In this document: positions 26,739 through 35,632 of the stretch, in pieces
Position numbering within the stretch: position 1 is the stretch's first letter
How the letters are laid out: every line of letters begins with the position of its first letter
NCBI GenBank assembly: GCA_022827185.1
Contig: JAJDTM010000050.1
Location: forward strand, 4,743-68,742
Source: Candidatus Poribacteria bacterium
GTDB taxonomy: Bacteria > Poribacteria > WGA-4E > WGA-3G
Direction: 5' to 3'
Length of the DNA stretch: 64,000 bases
Translations under genes and position numbers: made by a program
Notes under the pieces: model-generated
What the model was told of the DNA's origin: nothing
Database searches by the model: none
The model's input: the letters and a program-made list of their open reading frames with translations, nothing else

Positions 26739-28361
26739 CTATCTAATGATAGAGCCAGCACTTTCAGTCGCGATATAGTAATAGCCAAAGATGATGCACA
26801 TCTCATCCTCGGACGTGAGTCCGAATTTGAGGACTTCATCCGTATCGTAGTTGTTATGGGTACACTGGAACGTGATCGTATCGTTTGCATCTAAGTGCAC
26901 AATCGGATCCAACAGAGTAATGGGGGCATCATCGTAAGCGACACTTCGGTGCAGCAAATCGCCTGTTGATCCGTGAAAAATTTCAAACAATTCTCCGTGC
27001 CGATGCATGTGAGACGACAGCACGAAGACATTCAGCACTGCATCGGGGTCGTGCCCGCGGCTCTGCAGTTCACCACCTTTACCGCCAATATGCCACGTCC
27101 CTTTGGAAATGCGCGTTAATCCAGGCGGAACTCTAATATCTCGATGGCTGACGAAAATTTCAATCGCCTCGTACTGGACCTCTTCCTCCGGAATCGTGTA
27201 GATGTTAACGTAGGTTTCGCCGATCAGTGTTTCATCACCGAGTAGGTTGATGTAATGGGAATTGAGGTCGTAAACTGTGTCGCCGGGCAACCGTAACCCC
27301 ACGCCTTCTGGGAACTCATATAGGACATCATCCGTTTGTGTGCCGAGGACGAAAAGTCTATCAATACCGACATGACCGAGTAGGTCCGGTTTCTCTGTAT
27401 CAAGCACACGGAAAATGTGGTCCGGATTAACGCCAATCCCGGGAGTCGCTCCTTCGTCCATGAGCCCTTTTTCAAGGCCAGCCTCCGTAAGTCTGTACAT
27501 GATAAAGTGATGGCTGCCAGCGGGATAAAAGATCTCTACTCTATTAATATAGATGTCTCCGTCTACCGGATTGCCGTTTTCGTCGGTGATTTGGGTGGTG
27601 TAGAAGACTTCCCGTTCAGTCCCGGGCTCAATCTTGAACGGTGGTAAATGGATTTGGTAGCCCTGCCCGGGCAGTGGTGGTGCAGGGGGTTCAAAGACTT
27701 CATCCGGATCGCGTAAGATACCGAGGTCTCCGATACCTGCAACTTTACCTGTCTCTGGCGCGCCTGCCTCAATCCATGTCCGAATTGCCTCTATTTTGCC
27801 TGTGTGAATCATCCCACCGCCGAACGGCATACGAGAGCCTTGATTTGGCGATTCCGGTCCTATAAGTTTCGTCAAAAGGAAACTGTTATCTGGGTTGCCC
27901 GGATCCACCAGTTTCATACCGGCATCTGCAGCCGCGGTGTTCCGTGGCACGATGCCGACCAAATCATCATAAGAGAGCCCGTACTCCAGGCTTAAGTCCG
28001 CCGAGTTTACGGGTGCTGCATGACAGGCACTGTTCGCACAACTTTTATCAAAGACATATTCTTGAATGTCATGATACGCTGAGTTTTCATCCGGGACTGT
28101 TTGCCCGAGACTGTTGCTCACACGAACCAGGTCCAACACATCGATGCTCCCATCGCGATTCACGTCAGGATTCTGCTCAGCAGTGCGATCCACGGGCTGC
28201 CCAAGTGCATCAGCGACAAGCACCAGGTCTTGAATGTTCACGATACCGTCGTTGTTGATATCCTCTAAAAGGGTAGGATTATCACCGTGCCCGAGCGCGG
28301 AGAAGGAAATGCCGACCACCAGTGAGAGGATGAGCGTCGAATAAATGAGTTGTTTAACCAT
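26739..28361 (-). CDS. Secreted dockerin-repeat protein with a PHM/DBH-like copper type II monooxygenase domain
   Basis: Signal/anchor MVKQLIYSTLILSLVVGISFSALG and two dockerin-like loops (DINNDGIVNIQDLVLVADALG, DVNRDGSIDVLDLVRVSNSLG). Candidate Cu ligands are SHHFIMY, HMHRHG (26997..27011) and SEDEMC (DEMC at 26796..26807). Confidence 0.7.
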   Translation of the reverse strand: MVKQLIYSTLILSLVVGISFSALGHGDNPTLLEDINNDGIVNIQDLVLVADALGQPVDRTAEQNPDVNRDGSIDVLDLVRVSNSLGQTVPDENSAYHDIQEYVFDKSCANSACHAAPVNSADLSLEYGLSYDDLVGIVPRNTAAADAGMKLVDPGNPDNSFLLTKLIGPESPNQGSRMPFGGGMIHTGKIEAIRTWIEAGAPETGKVAGIGDLGILRDPDEVFEPPAPPLPGQGYQIHLPPFKIEPGTEREVFYTTQITDENGNPVDGDIYINRVEIFYPAGSHHFIMYRLTEAGLEKGLMDEGATPGIGVNPDHIFRVLDTEKPDLLGHVGIDRLFVLGTQTDDVLYEFPEGVGLRLPGDTVYDLNSHYINLLGDETLIGETYVNIYTIPEEEVQYEAIEIFVSHRDIRVPPGLTRISKGTWHIGGKGGELQSRGHDPDAVLNVFVLSSHMHRHGELFEIFHGSTGDLLHRSVAYDDAPITLLDPIVHLDANDTITFQCTHNNYDTDEVLKFGLTSEDEMCIIFGYYYIATESAGSIIR

Positions 28362-28392
28362 GATTAACAATTCAACCTCCAAATGTTAGTTG

Positions 28393-29118
28393 TTAGCGCA
28401 ATTCATCTTGCACCGTGTTTTTGAAAAGTTCTGTTTTTGAAATAAATCGGTATTTTAAGAGTGTCCATGCGGCAAATAACCCGTCCGACCAGAACCGAAG
28501 TTTTTTGCCTTCTTTCTTGGTGCGCGGAAAATAGGAGACTGGTACCTCATGAATGCGATACCCCGCGCGTAAGATTTTAGCTGTAACCTCCGGACAGAAT
28601 TCAAATCCTTCACATGTCAAATTCAGTCGCGTTATCAATTCTGTAGAAAAGGCTTTATAGCCCGTAGATTCATCGGTGATTCGGCACCCGTAAAGGAGAT
28701 TCGTGTAAGTAGCAAGGAGACGATTTGCAATGAAATTATGAAGACTCGCATTTCCGCGTCCATTCAGAAACCTTGACCCGTAAACGACTTGAACATCTTC
28801 CTGTTCAAGCGGTTTTAATAGTTCAGACAGATCCGTAGGCGATAACTCCATATCGGCATCCTGAATAACGACGGCTTCCCCTTGGACATGCGGAAGTCCG
28901 CGCCGAATCGCGAACCCTTTACCGCTATTTTCTTGGCAATGTACAACGGTTAACGCATGAATCGATTGTAGTTCCTCAAGTACCTTGTCTGTCCCATCGG
29001 TGGAGCCATCGTTGACGACAATAATCTGTTTTTCAATCGGCAGTGAGTGTACTGCCTCAACGACCTGTCCGATCGTTTGCTCTTCATTAAACGCAGGAAT
29101 GATTACAGATACCAACAT
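28393..29118 (-). CDS. Family 2 glycosyltransferase (Dpm1/polyprenol-phosphate sugar synthase-like)
   Basis: VSVIIPAFNEE, VVNDGSTDGT and a DAD motif (IQDADME). Confidence 0.88.
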   Translation of the reverse strand: MLVSVIIPAFNEEQTIGQVVEAVHSLPIEKQIIVVNDGSTDGTDKVLEELQSIHALTVVHCQENSGKGFAIRRGLPHVQGEAVVIQDADMELSPTDLSELLKPLEQEDVQVVYGSRFLNGRGNASLHNFIANRLLATYTNLLYGCRITDESTGYKAFSTELITRLNLTCEGFEFCPEVTAKILRAGYRIHEVPVSYFPRTKKEGKKLRFWSDGLFAAWTLLKYRFISKTELFKNTVQDELR

Positions 29119-29325
29119 TTTTCTAATTTACTTTGCAGTTCGGTGAGGTGGGTGTTTTTGCTTGGATGTTTCCCCAAGTGGTTTCAAGTGCCTCTCCGTA
29201 TATCCGCAGTCAACGTTGTTGCCTGCTGTGTTCTTTGTCCAAAGGTTTGAGCACACAACAACGGCGCGGGCAGAACCGACAAGAAAACCTTTTTACGAGA
29301 TCACCTTGACCGTATACAAACCAAA

Positions 29326-30117
29326 TTAGAGAAGTGACTTCACCATACCGCCGTCTACTTGGATCGTTGTTCCCGTAATGTAACTTGCGCGTTCCGAGGC
29401 GAGAAACACAACCAAGTTCGCAAATTCATTGGGATCCCCGATTCTACCGAGCGGGATATCCGCTGTCATCTTTTCGAGTGCCTCATCAAACGTGATGCCG
29501 GCTTCTTCCGCACGTACCGTTGCAAGTTGCTGAATCCGATCTGTGAAGATAATACCCGGGCAGACGTTGTTAACCAGGATTTTATCCGGTGCTAACTCTG
29601 TCGCGAGGGTTTTTGCGAATCCAATCACACCTGTTCGTGCCATATTTGACAACATAAGATTATCGACAGGTTGTTTAACAGAGACCGAGGTGAGGTTGAT
29701 AATCCGTCCACCGCCACGCGCACGCATTGACGGCACAGCAGCGCGGCAGAGGTTAATCGTGCTCATCAAATTCAAGTGGACCGCGTCTTGGTAATCTTGT
29801 GCTGCTAAATCATCAAATCGTCCGGCTCTGGGACCGCCCGCGTTGTTGACTAAAATATCAATGCCACCGAAGTGCGAAATCGCTGTGTTAATAAGGTTCT
29901 CAACCTGTTCTGGTTGGCTAACGTCAGTCGGTACTGCTAACACCTCAGTGCCAGTCTGGTTACGAATATCGTCTACTGTTGCTTTGAGTGCGTCGCTGTC
30001 TCTGGCACAGATGGTAACTTTCGCGCCTTCTTGTGCCAAACCGAGCGCGATTGCGCGCCCAAGTCCCTTACTTGAAGCACCTACAACTGCAACTTTGTCC
30101 TTGAGTCCGAGGTTCAT
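29326..30117 (-). CDS. SDR family oxidoreductase (FabG-like)
   Basis: VVGASSKGLGRAIA (TGxxxGxG-like), NNAG, and an S...N catalytic region variant within classical SDR length. Confidence 0.88.
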   Translation of the reverse strand: MNLGLKDKVAVVGASSKGLGRAIALGLAQEGAKVTICARDSDALKATVDDIRNQTGTEVLAVPTDVSQPEQVENLINTAISHFGGIDILVNNAGGPRAGRFDDLAAQDYQDAVHLNLMSTINLCRAAVPSMRARGGGRIINLTSVSVKQPVDNLMLSNMARTGVIGFAKTLATELAPDKILVNNVCPGIIFTDRIQQLATVRAEEAGITFDEALEKMTADIPLGRIGDPNEFANLVVFLASERASYITGTTIQVDGGMVKSLL

Positions 30118-30176
30118 ACGTTTCGATATGGGCTTACAATTACGCCCTAAATCCTTTCAAAAACAGAATCAATAAT

Positions 30177-30267
30177 CAGGACTTACACATTTTTCCATGA
30201 TAACGGACATCCTATGCACTGCAGGCGGGGTTTCAAACCCCGCCTGCAGGGGTGCTGCGTAAGTCCT
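30177..30267. mobile_element. MITE-like element, family A
   Basis: CAGGACTTACACATTTTTCCATGATAAC...CTGCAGGCGGGGTTTCAAACCCCGCCTGCAG...TGCGTAAGTCCT. It has terminal inverted repeats and a perfect internal hairpin. Confidence 0.7.
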
Positions 30268-30327
30268 ATCAATGTTACAAGATTAAGTATAACACTATGA
30301 CAGTGTAATGTCAAACGCAATTTCTGT

Positions 30328-30459
30328 CAGGACGATTTAGTTTTAAGAAATTTTTGGGTTTCGCACCGCTTTTCACAAATCCGGTTCGGTTAGGAAACCG
30401 AACCTACCGGGCCTGGGAGTTGAAAATTTGGTCAAAAAATGGAAAACTAAATAGCCCTG
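30328..30459. mobile_element. MITE-like element, family B (TIR CAGGACGATTTAGTTTT / AAAACTAAATAGCCCTG)
   Basis: 17-nt inverted termini (14-15 of 17 complementary) with an internal hairpin GGTTCGGTT-AGGA-AACCGAACC. The same termini bound 57944..58579. Confidence 0.65.
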
Positions 30460-30500
30460 TAATTTCTGTTATCTGTTCCGACAGCGCGTAAAACCCTTTT

Positions 30501-33005
30501 CTACTTCCGAATCAGCATCTTCCGCGTTGCTGCGAAGTTTCCTGCCGTTAACGTATAGAAATAGACACCACTCGCAACAAACTCACCGTGTTGATTTCTG
30601 CCATCCCAATACGCCGCACGATTTTTGCTATGATACATTCCCGCAGATTGATGCTCCAGTTCCAATGTCCGCACCAGTGTACCATCCACGGAATAGATGT
30701 GCAACATCACATCTGCTGGCACAGCGAGTTGATACGGGATCCATGTCTCTGGGTTAAACGGGTTCGGATAGTTAGGCAGAAGCACCGTTTCTTTCGGCAA
30801 TAAGCGCGCAAGCAGCTGTTCCAGTATTTTAACACCGCGCAGATACGTCGGATCTGTGAGTGCTATTTGGCGCGCTTGCGTTAGCATCTGTTGTATGTCT
30901 GATGCGGTGAGTCCTTCGATATCTGACGGATGTAAGATAGGCGCAGCAGCCGCACCCTCTCCTAACGCATTTGCCACTAAGACAAGGTCTGAAATGTTAA
31001 CGGCACCATCGCTGTTGACATCCGCACTATTTTGCCCTGTTTGTCCGAAATTTAAGGCGACTAACACCAAATCTCGGATATTCACCACACCGTCGCTGTT
31101 AACATCCAGCGGATTTTGGATGATGAGGGTATCATCTGCTCTGAGCGTATATTCCTGCCGTGTGATATTTCCATGCACATCAATCACTTGGAGTGCTATG
31201 GTGCTTACTCGGTGTACTGTCAATGTCGATGTGTCAAATTCAAAGGGACTGCTTTGGGCATGTCCATCGCTACAACTGTGCAACTTGACACCGGATGCCG
31301 GGTCCTCTGTAGTCGTTGGCACAATTAGCTGGACTTGGTGAATACTATCAACATCGGTCACCTCGAACCGCAGGGTGAGATTCTCAGCGTTTGAGGGATA
31401 AGACGCTGGTATGAGCATCTGAATCGTTGTCGGTTCGTTGAAAGCAGTTTGATCAGTATTAAAGAAGCGACTTGCATCTAACCAACCCGCGGCACATTGC
31501 GACAACCGGTCGGGTGCCGCGCCGTAAGACATAATATAGGTATCGTCACGGAAGTCGTGTTCCAACCCGAAGGCGTGTCCGAGTTCGTGTGCTGTTACAT
31601 ACGTGCCAGTTTCAGCATCAAAACATCTACCGGACGCAGGAATAACAGCATATCCGCCACGCGTTCTTACTGCGGTTTCACCTTCAAACCAATGTCCGCC
31701 ACCAACGCCGCATGTATTATCTTCGTTAATGTATTCAGTACTAAGGTCTACGACGATAAGATAGGCGTGCTTCTCCATATCAACCTGAGAGGCAATTTCG
31801 GTATACACCTTCTTCTGCGTTTCTGTGTGGTAGTACCAGTCTCTGTACTGCCCGTCAACACGATAAACGAGCGTTTCAGAATTCTCATCGGTTTCGAAGG
31901 TGAAGGTTTTTCTACCGAATCCGTTGCGTTCCATCTGGTCAGCGTAAAAGCTTTGCACATCTCTTATGAGTCTATCAAGTTTCGTCCACATATCCGGTTG
32001 TGCACGCCGGTTGCGTGGGAGGAAATAGATAATCCGTACCATATCCTCCTCAGGTATAGCACGATACGGTGTGACATCCCAGATTCGGAGTGTTTCGTCA
32101 TCACCGCCGCTAATGAGGCTACGTCCATCCGGTGAAAATGCGACGGCATTTACCCACTCCGTATGTCCAGTGAGCGTAGCAATTTTTTCGCCACTGTCAA
32201 CCTCCCAAAGATTTACAGATTCATATCCTGTTCCAGTGAGCATGCTGCTATCAGGCGAAAAATTCATGTTATAGATTGTTCCGTTAGCGGTAAGCGTTCC
32301 GAGACGTTCCCAACTCTGGACGTTCCATAACTTCGCTTCTCCCGTGACCCCCGCACCAGCAAGGACTTTGCCATCTGGAGAAAACTTAACAGCATAGACA
32401 GCCGTGGGGTCACATTCAAACTGGACAACAATTTGTCGTTTTTGAACATTCCAGACGTTGACCCACCCGGTCTTGTCCCCTGTGGCAAGAAATTGTCCAT
32501 CGGGTGAGAAGTCAATAGCGAACACTGTCTCGTTGTGTTCAAGTGTGGTTAGTTCTTCGCGAGTGTGGACATTCCACAACTTGACATGCTCTCCCGCGGT
32601 AGCGAGTAGTTGTCTATTAGGGGAGAAGGTGACCGCTTTGACCTGTGAGGGGGTCCTATTATTAATATGATCAAGGGTCGCAATATATCGTTTACGCGGG
32701 ACATCCCACAATTTGAAGGCATAGTCATCACCACCACTGGCAAGCAGCTGCCCATCTGGGGAAAAAGCGATAGAATTGACAACATCGGCGTGGTGTCCGA
32801 GCGTTGTCACGGTATCGTTTTGTAAATCCCACAGCTTTACGGCGCGATTATCTCCACCACTCGCCACAAGGAAAGAATTTATTGGGGAATATGCCACCGT
32901 TTCAACACTACCACCATGTCTAAAGAAGGTGTGTTCTTGCGCAAAGGCAGTGAATGGAAGTGTTAACAAAAGGGTTATTGTAAGAAAGAGATATTTGAAT
33001 GACAT
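30501..33005 (-). CDS. Secreted WD40 propeller - metzincin zinc protease - dockerin repeat - C-terminal sorting domain fusion protein (834 aa)
   Basis: Signal peptide MSFKYLFLTITLLLTLPFTAFA, then about 8 WD40 units. HELGHAFGLEHD is encoded at 31557..31589 with a YIMSY Met-turn. Two dockerin-like loops follow (DVNSDGVVNIRDLVLVA, DVNSDGAVNISDLVLVA), then a NPFNPETWIPYQL...GVYFYTL tail. Confidence 0.85.
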   Translation of the reverse strand: MSFKYLFLTITLLLTLPFTAFAQEHTFFRHGGSVETVAYSPINSFLVASGGDNRAVKLWDLQNDTVTTLGHHADVVNSIAFSPDGQLLASGGDDYAFKLWDVPRKRYIATLDHINNRTPSQVKAVTFSPNRQLLATAGEHVKLWNVHTREELTTLEHNETVFAIDFSPDGQFLATGDKTGWVNVWNVQKRQIVVQFECDPTAVYAVKFSPDGKVLAGAGVTGEAKLWNVQSWERLGTLTANGTIYNMNFSPDSSMLTGTGYESVNLWEVDSGEKIATLTGHTEWVNAVAFSPDGRSLISGGDDETLRIWDVTPYRAIPEEDMVRIIYFLPRNRRAQPDMWTKLDRLIRDVQSFYADQMERNGFGRKTFTFETDENSETLVYRVDGQYRDWYYHTETQKKVYTEIASQVDMEKHAYLIVVDLSTEYINEDNTCGVGGGHWFEGETAVRTRGGYAVIPASGRCFDAETGTYVTAHELGHAFGLEHDFRDDTYIMSYGAAPDRLSQCAAGWLDASRFFNTDQTAFNEPTTIQMLIPASYPSNAENLTLRFEVTDVDSIHQVQLIVPTTTEDPASGVKLHSCSDGHAQSSPFEFDTSTLTVHRVSTIALQVIDVHGNITRQEYTLRADDTLIIQNPLDVNSDGVVNIRDLVLVALNFGQTGQNSADVNSDGAVNISDLVLVANALGEGAAAAPILHPSDIEGLTASDIQQMLTQARQIALTDPTYLRGVKILEQLLARLLPKETVLLPNYPNPFNPETWIPYQLAVPADVMLHIYSVDGTLVRTLELEHQSAGMYHSKNRAAYWDGRNQHGEFVASGVYFYTLTAGNFAATRKMLIRK

Positions 33006-33048
33006 AGGATGGGCTTCCCAAATCAGGCGTGGGATGGAAGAATGGAAA

Positions 33049-34086
33049 TTACTGGGTTTCTGCCATCGGAACATCCCACTTTTCGGCACACGCGCGGAGC
33101 TGCTGGTAGATCGTATCCGGGACATCAATGCCGTTCGCAAGTCGGTGTGCGCGTGAATTGGCTTCAAAATCACCGGGAACCAAGACCTCATCAACCCCTT
33201 GCGCAGGCGGTGTCTCCTTGATAACATCCAAAAACGCACGCACGCCTTTCTGGTATTCTTCAAGCGGTAGGAAAGCATTAACATCAATCACTTGCATATA
33301 GAGACCGTTCATCTGCCCAGCCTCAATATTAAACGTCCCGCCCAATCCACCGACCAGTGCCACGAACAGGGAGAGGGCATAGCCTTTGTGTCTACCAAAT
33401 GCGAGCAGGTTGCCGCCATCGTTGTATTCAGCGGTTTTGATGGTCGGATTTCCGTGTTTATCGACGACACAGCCTTCGGGTAGATCGCGATCTTCACTCG
33501 CAGCGACGTAGGTTTTACCGTTTGCGATCATACTGGTCGCGAAGTCGATGAGAAAAGGGCTGTCATCACCCGTTGGGACTCCAATAGTGATCGGGTTCGT
33601 CCCAAGCGCGCCGAGCGCGCCACCGAACGGCAGAATCCGTCCGCCGCCCTTTGCGCCGCCGCCGACTGTGACAATCCCGATACATCCAGATTCCGCAGCC
33701 TCCTGACCGTATTCACCGAGTCTGCCGATATGTCCCGTCCGGATGAGCGTCGCGAAGCAGGTGCGTCCGCGTTTCGCCTTTTCGATTGCCTGCCGGATTG
33801 CATAACGGGCAGTATAGTGTCCGAAACCACCCTCGCCATCAATATGCAGCGTGTTGTCTGTTTCCCGAAGGACATTCGGCTCGGCATCGGGACGGATGCC
33901 ACCGCCTTCAATCGCTTCAAGATAGGAGGGGATCCGAAGTACACCGTGCGAATCGTGTCCAGCAAGGTTGGCTTTTATTAGGATCTCAGCAACGGTATCC
34001 GCGATGTGTTGTGGCGTGCCTGCGGCGACAAAGAGGTCGTTTGTGAATTTCTGGAGGGCTGCGGCTTCAAATATATGCCTATCCAT
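33049..34086 (-). CDS. Ldh_2 family (malate/L-lactate/ureidoglycolate dehydrogenase type 2) oxidoreductase
   Basis: The HDSHGVLRIPSYL motif with family-typical length and glycine-rich segments. Confidence 0.85.
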   Translation of the reverse strand: MDRHIFEAAALQKFTNDLFVAAGTPQHIADTVAEILIKANLAGHDSHGVLRIPSYLEAIEGGGIRPDAEPNVLRETDNTLHIDGEGGFGHYTARYAIRQAIEKAKRGRTCFATLIRTGHIGRLGEYGQEAAESGCIGIVTVGGGAKGGGRILPFGGALGALGTNPITIGVPTGDDSPFLIDFATSMIANGKTYVAASEDRDLPEGCVVDKHGNPTIKTAEYNDGGNLLAFGRHKGYALSLFVALVGGLGGTFNIEAGQMNGLYMQVIDVNAFLPLEEYQKGVRAFLDVIKETPPAQGVDEVLVPGDFEANSRAHRLANGIDVPDTIYQQLRACAEKWDVPMAETQ

Positions 34087-34119
34087 TTTTTAGATTTCCT
34101 TGCGGTTCGGTGAGGCGAG

Positions 34120-35199
34120 TTATGAGAGCGGACCGTAGTGTGCTCTGTCATCATCTTCAACGGTGTCTTCGCCGATAGAAATGCTGAGTTTGTTTGCGCA
34201 CTCTTGGAGTTGATTATAGATTGTATCGGGTATCTCAATCCCATCTTTTAATCGCGCTTCACGGGAACGGGATTCAAAATCTCCGGGGACTAACACTTCA
34301 TCAAAGCCTTGTGCGGGTGGTGTCGATTTGATGCCGTCTAAGAAAGCACGTACGCCTTTCTGGTATTCTTCAACCGGTGTGAAGGCGTTGACATCAATCG
34401 CTTGCATGAAGGTGCCGTTCATTCTACCACTTTCCACGTCAAACGTCCCTGCTAGCCCACCAAGGAGGCATGTGAACATCGCGAGTGCATAGCCTTTGTG
34501 TTTCCCGAATGCAAGGAGCGCGCCGCCATCATAGAAATCGGCGGGCTTGACACTCGGCATCCCGTTTTTGTCAAGGATGCAACCTTCAGGCAAATCTATC
34601 CCTTTGCTCCGGGCGACTTGGATTTTCCCTTCCGCAATCATACTCGTGGCATAGTCAACGATGAACGGACTATCATCGCCGGTTGGGACACCGATAGCGA
34701 TCGGATTGGTGCTAAAAGTGCCTTGCGAACCGCCATAAGGCACCGTTGGTCCTGCGCCTTTGCCCCCGCCCCCGACACTAATAAGTCCTATACATCCGGC
34801 GCTCGCTGTGGCTTCGGCATATTCGCCTAACCGTCCGATATGTCCAATGTTAGTGATGCTGACACTACAGGAGACAGCGGATTTTGCCTTCTCGATGGCT
34901 CTGTGGATTGACCAACGTGAGACGTAGTGTCCAAAGCCGTGTTGTGCATCAATGCGCAAGGTATTCGGTGTCTCTGCGAGGACTTCGGGTTCCGCAGCGG
35001 GTTTCAGATGTCCGGCATCAATACCGCGCAAATAGGCTGGAACGCGCAGGAGTCCGTGCGAATCGTGTCCGGCGAGATGGGCATTGACAAGGATTTCGGC
35101 GACATCCTCTGCGATGTGCCGTGTTGTGCCTGCGGCGACAAATATGTTTCGTGCGATAGCGTGGAGATGAGGTGCCTGAAGTAGATGCGTCTTTTCCAT
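34120..35199 (-). CDS. Ldh_2 family oxidoreductase, tandem paralog
   Basis: HDSHGLLRVPAYL, collinear with the downstream paralog over the full length. Confidence 0.85.
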   Translation of the reverse strand: MEKTHLLQAPHLHAIARNIFVAAGTTRHIAEDVAEILVNAHLAGHDSHGLLRVPAYLRGIDAGHLKPAAEPEVLAETPNTLRIDAQHGFGHYVSRWSIHRAIEKAKSAVSCSVSITNIGHIGRLGEYAEATASAGCIGLISVGGGGKGAGPTVPYGGSQGTFSTNPIAIGVPTGDDSPFIVDYATSMIAEGKIQVARSKGIDLPEGCILDKNGMPSVKPADFYDGGALLAFGKHKGYALAMFTCLLGGLAGTFDVESGRMNGTFMQAIDVNAFTPVEEYQKGVRAFLDGIKSTPPAQGFDEVLVPGDFESRSREARLKDGIEIPDTIYNQLQECANKLSISIGEDTVEDDDRAHYGPLS

Positions 35200-35342
35200 A
35201 TTTTTCTCGTCCTTTGATACGATAGGATTTCAGTTGGCAGTGTAATAGATACCCGAACCTGTGTATCTTATTTTATGACATCTGCTTTTTTTGTCAATAG
35301 GAAAAAGAAGGGGATCAGAGGTATTCAATTTTCAAATTGTCT

Positions 35343-35377
35343 GAATGCAGGTCGCATTTGGGCGAGTACGCCGCAAA
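35343..35377. repeat. Fragment shared with the composite repeat at 58345..58468
   Basis: GAATGCAGGTCGCATTTGGGCGAGTACGCCGCAAA recurs at 58345..58362 and 58441..58468. It is followed by a GCGGAGGAC x2.5 micro-tandem. Confidence 0.6.
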
Positions 35378-35632
35378 TCGCGGAGGACGCGGAGGACGCG
35401 GATTTTTGTGTTAGATATGCCAAAATCATAAGGTAATTTAGCTGTTTTCCAGAGAATTGAATGGCTCTGGAACGGCGTTTGCCAGCAGGCTTGTAAGCGC
35501 TGTTTGGTGAAGTCGTCCTTTTAACGTCTGAACTGTGATTTATGTGATTTTAGGGATTACTGGGATAAGAGGGAACCCCAAAGTTTTGGGTTTGGAGTTC
35601 CCAGTATCTTGCGGGTGTAAAGGTGGGTTTTC

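Noticed and set aside
27900-28100. The CANSACH segment in the dockerin/copper-monooxygenase protein as a c-type heme-binding site.
   Set aside because: The spacing is CX4CH rather than canonical CXXCH. The surrounding sequence only loosely resembles planctomycete-type cytochrome-like domains. I do not claim heme binding without HMM or biochemical support.
33006-33287. The N-terminal 94-codon extension of the ORF-track call 30501..33287.
   Set aside because: The extension overlaps the 3' end of the Ldh_2 gene (33049..34086) on the same strand and encodes no recognisable sequence. The internal ATG at 33005 is followed at once by a canonical signal peptide.
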